Positions 50,501-60,832 of a stretch of DNA of 64,000 nt are shown here, in pieces. A model generated the notes under the pieces. The model saw nothing but the letters and a program-made list of their open reading frames with translations. It did no database searches and had not been told where the DNA came from. The stretch comes from Candidatus Wolfebacteria bacterium RIFOXYD12_FULL_48_21 (GTDB taxonomy: Bacteria; Patescibacteriota; Minisyncoccia; UBA6257; UBA9933). Position 1 is the stretch's first letter. The number at the start of each line of letters is the position of its first letter. Location of the stretch: assembly GCA_001793945.1 (NCBI GenBank), contig MGIW01000003.1, positions 129,630 to 193,629 on the forward strand. The letters run 5' to 3'. The translations under genes and the position numbers were made by a program.

Positions 50501-50767
50501 TTTGCCGGTTCCTTCGCTTTCGGATGGTGTCAGCTTCCGATCGAGCCGGCTGCCTTTTGCCACATAGGCTTCCATGCCGAGCAATGGCTTGATGCCGGAC
50601 TTTTTTGCCTTCGAGTAAAACTCAACCGCTCCATAGAGGTTGCCGTGATCGGTTAATGCCAATGATTCCATGCCGAGTTCTTTTGCGCGCGCAACAAGAT
50701 CGTCTATCTTTGCCAAACCATCGAGCAGGGAGTAGTGGGAGTGGGTGTGGAGGTGGGTGAATTTCAT
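47564..50767 (-). CDS. dnaE: DNA polymerase III alpha subunit
   Basis: FTHLHTHSHYSLLDG, GPGRGSAAGS, MPDIDIDF, LLKMDFLGL, YGFNRSH. Confidence 0.99.
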   Translation of the reverse strand: MKFTHLHTHSHYSLLDGLAKIDDLVARAKELGMESLALTDHGNLYGAVEFYSKAKKSGIKPLLGMEAYVAKGSRLDRKLTPSESEGTGKKTKENYNHLTLLCESEKGWKNLLKLSSSSHLEGFYYKPRVDREILAQWHEGIIALSGCLGGEIAQLCVHGRMEEAEAVAKEYRDLFGKDNFFIEIWHLPNIPDADIAVKGLKTIAKKLGIPVVATKDIHYARPEDAQYQDILLAVQTGNTVNDIGRMSMMDENYAMNSPEEMAEWFADIPEAIENTAKIAERCNVELELDVVRLPKFATPGGMDSMDYLEKIIREGLSSRYKEITQEVSDRMEYEIGVIRNTGYADYFLIVQDFIKWARDHGVVVGPGRGSAAGSLVAYVLNITDVDPIKYDLLFERFLNPDRIQMPDIDIDFADKRRDEVVNYVRQKYGEDRVAQIITFGTMAARAAIRDAGRALGLPYAFCDQVAKLVPAPPTPVKNLGQALDAVEEMRTMYATNPDAKKLIDAAKKLEGVARHASVHACGIIISAEPLTDVVALQRSPQNENSVITQFEQGIVEKLGLLKMDFLGLRNLTIIEEALRLVQESTGELVNISDIPLDDAQTFEVLQNGDTVGVFQFESAGMRRYLKELKPTEFEDVVAMVALYRPGPMELIPDYINRKYGREEVKLLHPMLAPILGKTYGIGIYQEQMMRIARDLAGYTLAEADTLRKAIGKKIKALLDEQEGKLINGMIANGINEKIARKIWELFPPFAKYGFNRSHSVCYGLIGYQTAYLKAHYPIEFMTALFNSESDDVERIAFLIDEAKKHGVLVLPPDINESAVSFAPQGTSIRFGLQAIKNVGAAVVEAIIAERQAGGPYVDLEDFLTRVKHKDINKKSIESLTKAGVFDSFKLERGKVLANMDEILRYSQTMKKNEVSNQNNLFGTVYSKSVLNLRDAEPISKKDKLNWEKELLGLYISDHPLSEHKAQLVQYKVKSIRDLLQLEQKDQQKHRIAGVVTGVKKITTKAGKPMAFARIEDANESIEAIVFTETLARNPNLWVENKLIVAEGKLSAKDTEMKFICEGAVELI

Positions 50768-51287
50768 AGAGGGGTCGCGAATAATGCGAATTAGGCGCAA
50801 ATAATGCGAATACAAATAGACGCATATCACAAATCTACACCTCTTCTTTGTCCCATTATACCTAATATGCTCTTTGGGGCAACTTTGCGTATGAGATGTG
50901 AGGTAGGGGGTGTGAGGTATGAGGTGGGAGGGGGGGGAGGGGGTATAAAGTATAAGGTATACGGTATACGGTATGGGGGGGGAGGGGAAGAAAAAAAGAG
51001 ATGAGAGGTGAGAGATAAGAGGGGGAGGAGAGATAAGGGGGAATTTCTAATTACTAATTTTTAATTTCTAAATAAAATACTGGATCCCGGCCTCCGCCGG
51101 GATGACAATGCAAAATATTGGATTCCTATTTTTTTGCTTTCGCATAAAGCTACAGCAGGGCAATGCGCGGGAATGACGGTGCCAAATGGGGTGTATTTTT
51201 ATTCCTATTGACACGGTTTTTAAATCCATTACTATATATCACAAATAAAGGTCATATTGTATTATTTTTACATACCAGACATTTTAA

Positions 51288-51527
51288 ATGGCACAAGAAA
51301 GTGTTGCGACTCCTACGCAGAATTATTTGGAGAACGAAGACCTTGTCTTCGAAATAGGTGACGAGGAAATTGAGACGAAGAAAAAGCGTGGCGATGACGA
51401 TCATGTCGGATACGGTCAGGAAGCCGAACCGGCCGATGATGATATCGTCTCGGGCGACGAGGAAGATGTAGAGCTTGAAGAGTTTTCCGGCTTCGATTGG
51501 GCCGACGAAGAAGACATCGTTGAATAA
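51288..51527 (+). CDS. Small highly acidic hypothetical protein
   Basis: 79-aa D/E-rich ORF with TTGACA promoter (51208) and terminator (51533-51562). Confidence 0.7.
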   Translation: MAQESVATPTQNYLENEDLVFEIGDEEIETKKKRGDDDHVGYGQEAEPADDDIVSGDEEDVELEEFSGFDWADEEDIVE

Positions 51528-51959
51528 GCCTTAAAAAAAGACGCTTTACTGCGTCTTTTTTTGTGCCTTTCTTTTAATTTTAGTACACTAATAAGGGGTA
51601 ATTTTAAATTTATAATTTATAATTTTTAATGAGGATGCGGGGGGGATAATTTTAAATTTATAATTTTTAATGAGGATGCGGGATTCCCGCCTTCGCGGGA
51701 ATGATATACTCCCCGTATTGTCATCCCGTGCCACGACACGGGATCCAGTGTTTTCCGCGGTAGTAACATATGGATGTTCAGACTCTGGATACCGACCGGA
51801 GTTTATCCCGTACTTGATACGGGACCCACATTCGGTATGACAAGGCGGGGGAAAATAACCTATAACCGATAACCTATAACGGGATGCGGGAGGATACTAA
51901 TAACAAAAATTGATAAAAATAATTGACTTTTAAAGCTCTTTGCTGTGTAATTCCATTCT

Positions 51960-54047
51960 ATGCCAAAAACAACTCACGCTAAAAAGGCAGTCGATCATGT
52001 GCGCCGGAATCTTATTATTAAGATTTCCGCCATTGCCGTTATTCTTTTTGCATCACTTGGAACCTTCGGGGTCATCCACATTGCCCGTATCGCAAAACAA
52101 CTTCCCGATCCTGAAAAGTCCGGCGGGTGGCAAATGCAGGAATCGACAAAACTCTACGACCGCACCGGCGAGATTCTTTTATACGAGATCAACGCAGAGG
52201 GAAAGCGCACTGTCATCCCTTATGATCAAATACCCAATCGTGTGAAGCAGGCGACTGTCGCCATAGAAGACAGTGGTTTTTATACGCATTCCGCCATCGA
52301 TATCAGTGGCATTTTTCGTGCGTTTTTTATAAATACCCTCAGTGGCGAAATAAGCCAGGGCGCTTCGACCATCACCCAACAGTTGGCAAAAAATGCCTTT
52401 CTTTCGCCGGAACGAACCTACACCCGTAAGATCAACGAGATCATTCTTGCTTTTTGGATTGAACGCTATTATACAAAAGACGAAATTCTTAATCTTTATT
52501 TAAACCAGATCGCATATGGCGCGGGAGCGAACGGTATAGAAGCCGCCGCACAGACTTATTTCGGAAAGTCCGCGAAGGATCTTTCCCTTCTTGAATCGGC
52601 CACGCTTGCCGCCATCGTTCAACGCCCCAGCTATTATTCCCCATGGGGTTCCCATAAGGGCGATTTGCTTAAGCGAAAAGATCGCGTCTTGGAAGAAATG
52701 TATGCCGCCGGCCATATTACCCAAAAGGAACGCGATGCCAATCTTAAAGTATCGCCCCGTTTTCTTGAACAAAATATCGGATCCATAAAGGCTGCTCATT
52801 TTTCCATGGCGGTGCGTGACTATTTGTTGAATAAATATGGAGAAGATATTATCAACAAAAGGGGATTAAAGGTCATTACCACACTCGATTATGACCTGCA
52901 GCAAATTGCCGAACGCGCAGTAAAGGATGGTGCGGCACGCAATACCGAACTCTATCAAGGACACAATGCTTCCCTGGTTGCAGAAGATCCAAAAACGGGC
53001 CAAGTACTTGCGCTTGTTGGTTCTGCCGATTACTTCGACGAAACCATCGATGGCAATTTCAATGTCGCCACTCAGGGACTTCGCCAACCGGGTTCGTCTA
53101 TTAAGCCGTTTGCCTATATGACAGCTTTCCAAAAAGGATACACTCCCGAAACCCTTTTGTTTGATGTGTCTACCGAGTTTGATACAAGCGGCACGGTAAG
53201 TTACCGCCCGGAAAACTACGATCATTCCTACCGCGGGCCTATCAATATGCGCAACTCGCTTGCGCAATCCATCAATGTTACCGCAGTAAAGACCCTTTAT
53301 CTTGCGGGTATTAACGACACGATCAAAAATGCATTTGATTTCGGTCTTACCACATTGACCGACCCAAACCGCTACGGCCTTTCGTTTGTTCTTGGCGGTG
53401 GGGAAATCCGTCTTATCGACATGGTCGGTGCCTATTCCGTGCTTTCTCAAGACGGCATAAAACACCAACAGGCTTTTGTTTTGAGTGTTACCGACGAACA
53501 GGGGAGTGTTTTGGAAAAATATCTCGACAGATCAACACAGATCATCGACTCCCGCTATCCGCGTATGGTCAACGATATTCTTTCCGACCCCGTTGCGCGG
53601 AGACCTCTTTTTGAAAGTAGTTTTGATTTGACCGTATTTCCTGATCGCGATGTAGCCCTAAAAACCGGAACCACCAACGACTACCGCGATGCGTGGGTAT
53701 TTGGCTATACGCCTTCATTGGTCGTTGGCGTGTGGGCGGGAAACAATAATAATGCCCCAATGCAACAAAGTGGCGGCAGTATTCTTGCGGCGGTTCCTAT
53801 TTGGAATACATTTATGACCGAGGCACTTCCTAAATTTCCTACAGAAACCTTTACCCGACCGGAAGCTGTTTCCGTGTCAAAACCCATGTTTGACGGAAAT
53901 TACCGTTCAAACGGAGAAGTGCATTCCATTCTTCATTATGTTGATCGGGAAGATCCTACCGGTTCCATGCCCAGCAACCCTGCACAGGATCCCCAATACA
54001 ACCTCTGGGAAGCGCCTGTACGCGCTTGGGCTAATATAAACCTATAA
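51960..54047 (+). CDS. Class A penicillin-binding protein (transglycosylase/transpeptidase)
   Basis: AIEDSGFYTH, QGASTITQQL, RKINE, RQPGSSIKP, SIN, KTGT. Confidence 0.95.
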   Translation: MPKTTHAKKAVDHVRRNLIIKISAIAVILFASLGTFGVIHIARIAKQLPDPEKSGGWQMQESTKLYDRTGEILLYEINAEGKRTVIPYDQIPNRVKQATVAIEDSGFYTHSAIDISGIFRAFFINTLSGEISQGASTITQQLAKNAFLSPERTYTRKINEIILAFWIERYYTKDEILNLYLNQIAYGAGANGIEAAAQTYFGKSAKDLSLLESATLAAIVQRPSYYSPWGSHKGDLLKRKDRVLEEMYAAGHITQKERDANLKVSPRFLEQNIGSIKAAHFSMAVRDYLLNKYGEDIINKRGLKVITTLDYDLQQIAERAVKDGAARNTELYQGHNASLVAEDPKTGQVLALVGSADYFDETIDGNFNVATQGLRQPGSSIKPFAYMTAFQKGYTPETLLFDVSTEFDTSGTVSYRPENYDHSYRGPINMRNSLAQSINVTAVKTLYLAGINDTIKNAFDFGLTTLTDPNRYGLSFVLGGGEIRLIDMVGAYSVLSQDGIKHQQAFVLSVTDEQGSVLEKYLDRSTQIIDSRYPRMVNDILSDPVARRPLFESSFDLTVFPDRDVALKTGTTNDYRDAWVFGYTPSLVVGVWAGNNNNAPMQQSGGSILAAVPIWNTFMTEALPKFPTETFTRPEAVSVSKPMFDGNYRSNGEVHSILHYVDREDPTGSMPSNPAQDPQYNLWEAPVRAWANINL

Positions 54048-54202
54048 CGACTTCGTTCGTAATAAAAAATCTCCTTAGCGGGAGATTTTTTACAGTCCTG
54101 TTCAGATGGTATGTAGTATGAGGTAGGTAGTATACAGTATGGATGTATAAGAGTTAAATAATTAGTATATACCAAATTATATACTTAATACCTTCTACTT
54201 CT

Positions 54203-55321
54203 TCATGTATTATTTATCGGCATGATGATATAGAAATAATCTTGCACATTCATCGGCCGTATGATCGCGGGTTTATTATCCCCATTTAGTCCGATCGTTA
54301 TATTTTCCGTTTCGATATTTTTTATACCATCAAATAGAAACTTCCAGTTAAATACGATTTCCATTGAATCACCTTTTATTTTTGCCGGTATCAGATACTG
54401 ATTTTCTCCCAATATTGGGTTTGCCGAGAATAATTCTATGTTTTTTACCCCTTCTTTTATGATAACCCTGATCTCATTCATCTTATCAGAGAAAGATCCT
54501 GTCAATTTCAACGCATTTACTAATTGATCCCTATTTACCGTAATTTCTATCGCTATTTCTTTTGGGATAATTGGCTGATAATCGGGAAAATCTCCATTTA
54601 TAACCCGGGAAACCAGTTCAAATTTATCAGTTCGGAATAATATTTGATTTAAATCGAAGTAAATAGATATTTTCTCTTCGTCTTTCTCCGACATAATCCT
54701 TACCAGTTCCTGTATGGTCTTTAGCGGAACGATCATCTTCAGCTTCTGTTCTATATTTGCCTTATAACTATTTTCATCGATTGTTCTTTCTGCAAGCCTA
54801 AAACTATCCGTAGCGGCAAACTTTATGATGTTTACCTGATAATCAAACAACACGCCACCCAGCTCCGGACGAATAGCGGAACCTTGACTCGCCATAACAA
54901 TAGACAGAAAGGTATCTTTCAATAATCCGCTTTCCATCTGTAAATATTCCCTTTCGTTCTCTATTTTCGGAATAATAGGGAACTCTTCTTTTTTTGTTCC
55001 CTGTATTTTCGCCTGATAATTCTCTGTTTTTATGACCAAATTGTTATTTTTAGTCTCCAAACTAACCCGCTCGCTCTCAAGATTATTAATGATCGACGAA
55101 AGAATACTCAATGGAACCGTTATACTCCCATCTTTGATGACTTTTGCCGGAATAACACTCGATATCGCCATTTCAAGATTCGTTACCGAAAACTTTATTT
55201 TATTTTCATGTGTTTCTATAAGGCAGTTTTTCAGAATAGGGAGTGATGCATTTTCCGATCCGATTTTTCCGAGTGCAGTGATACCTTCTTTAAGGTTTGT
55301 TTTCAGTACGATGAGTTCCAT
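54203..55321 (-). CDS. dnaN: DNA polymerase III beta clamp
   Basis: LPIL, TNLE, AATDSFRLA, GDFPDY, YIIMP; downstream of dnaA. Confidence 0.97.
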   Translation of the reverse strand: MELIVLKTNLKEGITALGKIGSENASLPILKNCLIETHENKIKFSVTNLEMAISSVIPAKVIKDGSITVPLSILSSIINNLESERVSLETKNNNLVIKTENYQAKIQGTKKEEFPIIPKIENEREYLQMESGLLKDTFLSIVMASQGSAIRPELGGVLFDYQVNIIKFAATDSFRLAERTIDENSYKANIEQKLKMIVPLKTIQELVRIMSEKDEEKISIYFDLNQILFRTDKFELVSRVINGDFPDYQPIIPKEIAIEITVNRDQLVNALKLTGSFSDKMNEIRVIIKEGVKNIELFSANPILGENQYLIPAKIKGDSMEIVFNWKFLFDGIKNIETENITIGLNGDNKPAIIRPMNVQDYFYIIMPINNT

Positions 55322-55401
55322 AAAATAAAATTTGTTTGTAATGCATTCTTACTACTTCTGTTACTATAATATATTAAAAATAGTAGAAGCAGTAGTAGGG
55401 G

Positions 55402-55473
55402 TGTGGACAGTGTGGATAAGTGGATAATGGATAACAATAGAAACGGATTTATTTAATTCTGCAGTGTGGATAA
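55402..55473. promoter_or_regulatory. DnaA boxes in the dnaA-dnaN spacer (oriC part)
   Basis: TGTGGATAA at 55411 and 55465, near-matches at 55402 and 55419; adjacent TAG/TAC trinucleotide run and AT-rich tract 55320-55400. Confidence 0.88.
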
Positions 55474-55487
55474 AAAGCGGGAAAAAA

Positions 55488-56855
55488 TTATTTGCTGTTG
55501 ATAACTTCTTTAATGGAAGTTATCTTATTTCCCAGTTTTTGGTCCGAAGTCAATAATTTCGAGATTTTATCGCATGCGTGCATAACTGTTGAATGGTCTC
55601 TTTTCCCCATTTTATACCCGATATCCGAGTAGGACATCCCCAAGAGATCCTTCATAAGAAACATGGTGATCTGACGCGGTTCGACAACCTCCTTTCTTCT
55701 TCCCTGGTCGGTCAGTTCCTTTTCAGTCAGTTCAAAAAAGTTTGCAACTACCTGCATAACCTGATTTGGGGTTACATTTTTAAAGGAATGTTTGGTCGTT
55801 TTGTCGATAATTTCTTCAACAATGGATTTTGTAACCTCAATACCCTTCACATCCTGATAAAACATGATTTTTTTCAGGACGCCCTCTATTTCCCGAATGT
55901 TTCGTTGCATTTTTTCCGCAATGAACTCAGCCACTTGATCGGAAACGGTCATGCCCTCCTGTTCCAACTTCTTTTTAATGATAGCGAGGCGCATTTCATA
56001 GTCGGGATAGGATATATCCACGATCATGCCACTGCTAAAGCGGGAGCGAAGCCGTTCTTCAAGAATGGAGGTTTCGTGAGGTGGGCGATCGGAAGAAAGA
56101 ATAATCTGCTTATCGTTATCATACAGCGCATTGAATGTGTGAAAAAATTCCTCTTCACTTGCCGCCTTTCCTGCTATGAACTGAATATCGTCGATAATAA
56201 GTACATCTACCGAGCGGTATATGCGCTTCATATCTTCCATCCGCCTGTTTTTTATGGAAAAGACAATGTCATTTACGAACTTTTCCGACGGAATATATTT
56301 GACCTTAAGATTATTGCCATGGGTCTGGCGAATCTGATTTCCTATGGATTGCATCAAATGGGTCTTTCCAAGGCCGGAACCACCATAGATGAATAACGGG
56401 TTATATTTTTTACCCATATCCTTTATGACCGCAAGGGAAGCGGCATAGGCGAGTTCGTTTGAAGAGCCTACTATATATGACTTAAAGGTATATTTCGGGT
56501 GGAGGTTTGTTTCCGGGTCTATCTTAAATTCGTCAAAGGTGGCTTGTTGCGGAGCAGAGGAACGCTCCTTTTTGCTCTCTCCATGGGCTTTTTGAGACTC
56601 TGCGGGCAAGGAGGCTACCGTGTAGCGCACTTTTCTTACTGAGTCGTCAAGGGAAACAAGAATCTCGAAGATCGATTTGTGATATTTATTCTCTACCCAT
56701 TCCTTTGCGAAGTTATTGGAAAGCGCTATTACCAGCTCTCCGTCCGCCGATCGGTCGAGCAGCCTGCTGTTTTTGAACCAGGTCAAAAAGTTGGGCTGGG
56801 TCATTTGTATTTCGAGCTCCGCCAAGGCGGATTTCCAGAGTTGATCGAGTTCCAT
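55488..56855 (-). CDS. dnaA: Chromosomal replication initiator DnaA
   Basis: YNPLFIYGGSGLGKTHL, LIIDDIQF, EEFFHTFN, RLRSRF, RDHSTV. Confidence 0.99.
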   Translation of the reverse strand: MELDQLWKSALAELEIQMTQPNFLTWFKNSRLLDRSADGELVIALSNNFAKEWVENKYHKSIFEILVSLDDSVRKVRYTVASLPAESQKAHGESKKERSSAPQQATFDEFKIDPETNLHPKYTFKSYIVGSSNELAYAASLAVIKDMGKKYNPLFIYGGSGLGKTHLMQSIGNQIRQTHGNNLKVKYIPSEKFVNDIVFSIKNRRMEDMKRIYRSVDVLIIDDIQFIAGKAASEEEFFHTFNALYDNDKQIILSSDRPPHETSILEERLRSRFSSGMIVDISYPDYEMRLAIIKKKLEQEGMTVSDQVAEFIAEKMQRNIREIEGVLKKIMFYQDVKGIEVTKSIVEEIIDKTTKHSFKNVTPNQVMQVVANFFELTEKELTDQGRRKEVVEPRQITMFLMKDLLGMSYSDIGYKMGKRDHSTVMHACDKISKLLTSDQKLGNKITSIKEVINSK

Positions 56856-56993
56856 AATAAATAACGGTTAACTAATAACTCATGACCCATAACGGAATGC
56901 AAAAATCCAAAATTTCAAAAGAAATATACGGATAAGGGTCGTTTCTTTAACTAATAAAATCATTATACAGATTTATAAAATTATAGCGAATAG

Positions 56994-57141
56994 TGTGGAA
57001 AAGTAAAAAAATGGGGAATAGGTGTGGATAACTCGTATACCCCGCATAAACACTGGGTAAAATCACTCTACCCATTGACACAATATGCGGGAAAAGTTTG
57101 TGATTAGACCATAAAAATAGTTGTCCAAGTAGTTATCCACA
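56994..57141. promoter_or_regulatory. DnaA boxes upstream of dnaA (oriC part)
   Basis: TGTGGATAA 57023-57031, TTATCCACA 57133-57141, TGTGGAAAA 56994-57002. Confidence 0.85.
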
Positions 57142-57252
57142 TACCTACAAAATAGATAATTTTAAAATTTTAAATTTGAAGAAGAATGCGTCTGGGCTTC
57201 TGTGCTGGGGAGGGCTTGCATTTTCTAACCAATTCCGATATAGTAGACCATT

Positions 57253-57399
57253 ATGTCAGTTACATACCAGCCAAACAAGCGAAAAAGAGCGCGAACCCAC
57301 GGGTTTTTGGAGCGCACCGCAACACCGGGTGGCCGCCGTGTTTTGGTAGCCCGCCGAAGGAAGGGGCGGAAGCAGTTGACCGTTAAAAAGGCCTCGTAA
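57253..57399 (+). CDS. rpmH: 50S ribosomal protein L34
   Basis: Below ORF-track cutoff: [48 protein letters not shown]. Confidence 0.96.
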   Translation: MSVTYQPNKRKRARTHGFLERTATPGGRRVLVARRRKGRKQLTVKKAS

Positions 57400-57522
57400 A
57401 TAACGAAGGCCTTTTTTAAACCAATAAAATCGCAAATGGCATCAGGAGGAGGGCTCTTTTTATCCTCCTTCAGCCATTTGCGATTTTATTGTATACTATA
57501 CATTATAGACAGAACTCTTAGC

Positions 57523-57846
57523 ATGCTTGCAAAACGGTACAAGTTAAATATCGCGGAGTTTATCAAAAAAAGGCCTTCGTTTGTAAAAAAAGGCCCCTTT
57601 TTTGCGGTGAAAATAGCCGCAAACGGGCTTTCCTATAGCCGATTTGGGGTTGTGGTGGGAAAAAAGGTAGATAAGCGGGCTACGGAACGAAATAAGATCA
57701 AGCGTATGTTTTATGAAGCAATTCGCGTACGAAATCTGCAAAATATAGAAGGAAGAGATATTTTGATCATCGTTTATCCGGAAATTAACCAATTCGCACG
57801 GGAAGAAGTTATAAAACTGGTAAAAGAGTATGAGTTTGTGAAATAA
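57523..57846 (+). CDS. rnpA: Ribonuclease P protein component
   Basis: MLAKRYKL, SRFGVVVGKKVDKRATERNKIKR; follows rpmH. Confidence 0.93.
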   Translation: MLAKRYKLNIAEFIKKRPSFVKKGPFFAVKIAANGLSYSRFGVVVGKKVDKRATERNKIKRMFYEAIRVRNLQNIEGRDILIIVYPEINQFAREEVIKLVKEYEFVK

Positions 57847-58172
57847 AACACACGCCTTGCAAATCATCATCCGTTTCTCTGTCATTCCCGCCCGTTCGAT
57901 GGGCTTAGGGTAAAACTCCGGCGGGAATCCACCTCATTTTTAAATAAATATTTTTCCTACTTTTTTAGTAAAAGTAGGGCAAAAATCGCGAGCGAATAAA
58001 AATGACGGAATGGTCTCGTAAATTTCTTACGAAAACGAGAACTCGCCGTTGCTACGGCTCAAACAACTCGTTTTCTGTGGAAATTTATTCTCGCCCATTT
58101 GATCCGACATTTTCACAGGCTCGCATAAGGCAAACATACAGAAAGAAGCGCTTTCACGCTCCTTTCCAATAT

Positions 58173-58436
58173 CTAATCCCCGCAACCTTCATTGTAACGC
58201 GTTTTCGTGGCAATCGGATTTTTAATATCATTTCCGCCCTCCGTGGGTTCATACCCAAGGTCTCTAAGAATAGGATAAATATAGTGTCTTTCAGCGCCCA
58301 CGCTCGCCGATAGATCGCAATAGAGTTCTTTATCAGCAAAATAATCTTTTGTGAAAAATAAGATAATGATTAATGGAATAGAAAAAGCTATTCCGCACAG
58401 CAAAGATACAAATATTTTATTTAAAGTGGAATTCAT
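58173..58436 (-). CDS. Hypothetical single-TM protein
   Basis: AT-rich 87-aa ORF, 4 nt after the upstream ORF. Confidence 0.55.
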   Translation of the reverse strand: MNSTLNKIFVSLLCGIAFSIPLIIILFFTKDYFADKELYCDLSASVGAERHYIYPILRDLGYEPTEGGNDIKNPIATKTRYNEGCGD

Positions 58437-58440
58437 AAAA

Positions 58441-58668
58441 TCATTTTGATTTAGGAGTTAATTGGAAAAAGAAACCAATAATTAATAGTATAATACCAAG
58501 CTTAAATTGAAAAGGGTTTTTAAAATATACAATTCCATATTGCGTGCCGCCATCAAGTCTTTCAAATGTTCCACCATCAGGAAAATCTCCTAAGGCATAA
58601 GTAATTAAGAGCGTTCCTGCGATGTTTAAAAATAAGCCTATATTATTAAGGGATAAATATTTGCGCAT
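58441..58668 (-). CDS. Hypothetical 2-TM protein
   Basis: IGLFLNIAGTLLI ... KLGIILLIIGFFFQL. Confidence 0.6.
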   Translation of the reverse strand: MRKYLSLNNIGLFLNIAGTLLITYALGDFPDGGTFERLDGGTQYGIVYFKNPFQFKLGIILLIIGFFFQLTPKSK

Positions 58669-58709
58669 AATTCGGGTAGGCTTTATTTTTAAACATTTCC
58701 CTTTTAAAT

Positions 58710-60476
58710 TTACACCATCTGATAATGTATTTCGCGGACGCCTTTGAGGCTCTTTATTTTTAGCACCAGTTTTTCTGCTTTTCCGCTGTTGTCTATATCG
58801 CAGAGGATTTTGATGATGGGGAGCGATCCGCGTTGGGAGGGGTGAATGTGCGTGAGGTTGATGATGTTGATTCGCGCGCGGGATATGACGCTTGAAATAT
58901 CTTTCAGCATACCCACCCGATCATCCACGGTTATTTTTAGTTCGAGTTGCGGGCCTTTGCGCAATATAGATGTTTCCTGCCTGATCATTCTTCGAATGCG
59001 TTGTTTTGCCGATGATGTCTTTGCGAACTTCAGCCACGATTCCGATGGCTTTTTATTTTTTTGCACCAAAATATCCACCAGGTCTCCCGATTGTATTTGA
59101 TAATCAAGCGGAACTATTTTGTTGTTTATCTTTGCGCCTACGCAGCGGTCGCCTATTTCGCTGTGGATCTGATACGCAAAGTCTATGGGCGTCGAACCCG
59201 CGGGCAGATCGATGACTTCCCCTTTTGGCGTTATGGCAAAGACCCGATGCTTAAAGAAATCTATTTTCAGTGAGTTTACAAATTCCTCCGGATCCGTAAA
59301 ATCTTTTTGCCATTCGCGCAATTGATTGACCCAATTCAATTCGTCCTGCTTTGCTGAAATGTTTTTATTTCCTTCGATAAACTTTTTTGTCGTCTTAGCC
59401 TGGCTATATGCCCAGTGCGCGGCGATGCCGTGCTCCGCCGCATCGTGCATTTGTAATGTGCGGATCTGTATTTCCGTTATCTTTTTATCTTCACAAAATA
59501 CGGTCGTGTGCAGACTTTTGTATCCGTTCGGTTTCGGAAGTGCGATATAATCTTTAATCTTTCCGGGTAGTGGCGGCCACAGTTGGTGTACGATGCCGAG
59601 TGCGGCATAACATTCTTCCACCGTGGAAACAATCACACGCAACGCGACCAAATCGTAGATCTGGTCGAGGTTCATGTCGGAGCGTAGCAGTTTTTTATAC
59701 AGACTTGAAATGCGTTTTGCGCGGTAGTTGATCGCAATCGGTTTTATGTGCGCGTTTGCGAGTGCCGCCCGCAACACGGGTTCCACGCGCTCAAGATATG
59801 CGACGCGTTCGCTATATTTCTCTTCGACATTTTTTGTCATCCACTCGTGTTCTTCCGGATGCAGATACAAAAAAGTCAGGTCCTCGAGTTCGCCGGAAAG
59901 GTTTTGCATGCCGAGGCGATAGGCGAGCGGGGCATATATTTCGAGCGTTTCGAGCGCGATGCGTTTTTGTTTTAGCGGTGGCATGGCACCAAGTGTGCGC
60001 ATATTATGCAGTCGATCGGCAAGTTTGATAAAAACGACGCGCAGGTCTTCGCTGATCGCAAGAATCATTTTGCGCAAGTTTTCCGCTTGCTGGTTTACGC
60101 GATCCTTTTCCGTTTTTACCGATGTGCGGTATTTTAAATGGCCGAGTTTGGTGACGCCGTTTACTAAAAAAGAAACTTCTTCCCCAAACTCTTTTTTAAG
60201 TGTTTCGAGTTTGTAGGGCGTGTCTTCTACCGTGTCGTGTAAAAGCCCCGCCGCTATAGTGGTGGTGTCCATGTCCCATTCGGCAAGCGTGAGCGCGGTT
60301 TGGAATACATGGTTAAAATAGGGTTCCCCGGAGTTGCGCTTTTGCGGGGCGTGTTCCTTTTGTGCCGTTTGGAATGCCCTGCGTAAAAAATCCGTTTCTT
60401 CCGCGGATAACGCCCTGTGTTGTGTAATCGCTTGAGTCAAGGCTTCAAACGAGGATGTAGGTGGTTTAAGTGGCAT
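58710..60476 (-). CDS. relA: RelA/SpoT (p)ppGpp synthase/hydrolase (HD, synthetase, TGS, ACT; short form)
   Basis: RNSGEPYFNH, LLHDTVED, IKLADRLHNMRT, KDYIALPKPNGYKSLHT, EIQIRT, TPIDFAY. Confidence 0.95.
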   Translation of the reverse strand: MPLKPPTSSFEALTQAITQHRALSAEETDFLRRAFQTAQKEHAPQKRNSGEPYFNHVFQTALTLAEWDMDTTTIAAGLLHDTVEDTPYKLETLKKEFGEEVSFLVNGVTKLGHLKYRTSVKTEKDRVNQQAENLRKMILAISEDLRVVFIKLADRLHNMRTLGAMPPLKQKRIALETLEIYAPLAYRLGMQNLSGELEDLTFLYLHPEEHEWMTKNVEEKYSERVAYLERVEPVLRAALANAHIKPIAINYRAKRISSLYKKLLRSDMNLDQIYDLVALRVIVSTVEECYAALGIVHQLWPPLPGKIKDYIALPKPNGYKSLHTTVFCEDKKITEIQIRTLQMHDAAEHGIAAHWAYSQAKTTKKFIEGNKNISAKQDELNWVNQLREWQKDFTDPEEFVNSLKIDFFKHRVFAITPKGEVIDLPAGSTPIDFAYQIHSEIGDRCVGAKINNKIVPLDYQIQSGDLVDILVQKNKKPSESWLKFAKTSSAKQRIRRMIRQETSILRKGPQLELKITVDDRVGMLKDISSVISRARINIINLTHIHPSQRGSLPIIKILCDIDNSGKAEKLVLKIKSLKGVREIHYQMV

Positions 60477-60832
60477 GCTGTGATTGTATTACACCATATA
60501 GGGCAAGAAAAGGGAAGAAGGATAAGGGGGGGTATGGGGGAGGTATAAGGTATACGGTATGGAGTATACGGTATGGGCGGGGGGGTAAGGGGTGAGGTGT
60601 GAGGTGTGAGGTGGGAGATGAGGAAAAAGAGGGGGGTAGAGATATTTATACTCTGGATCCCGGCCTCCGCCGGGATGACAACCTCCCCTACTACTGTCTG
60701 TTTATTACTCACAAAATTTACTTTTTGTCCGAAATGCGCGTTAGTGGAGCAAAAGTTGACATACCGTTCTTTATATGCCATAAAAAGAATAGACCTTATA
60801 CAGATTAATACTATGGAAATTGGAGGAATGCT

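Noticed and set aside
57983-58125. Hairpin-rich stretch after rnpA (GAAAACGAG...CTCGTTTTC) as an RNA gene
   Set aside because: Single copy here with MITE-like nested inverted repeats and no promoter or terminator support; cannot be assigned
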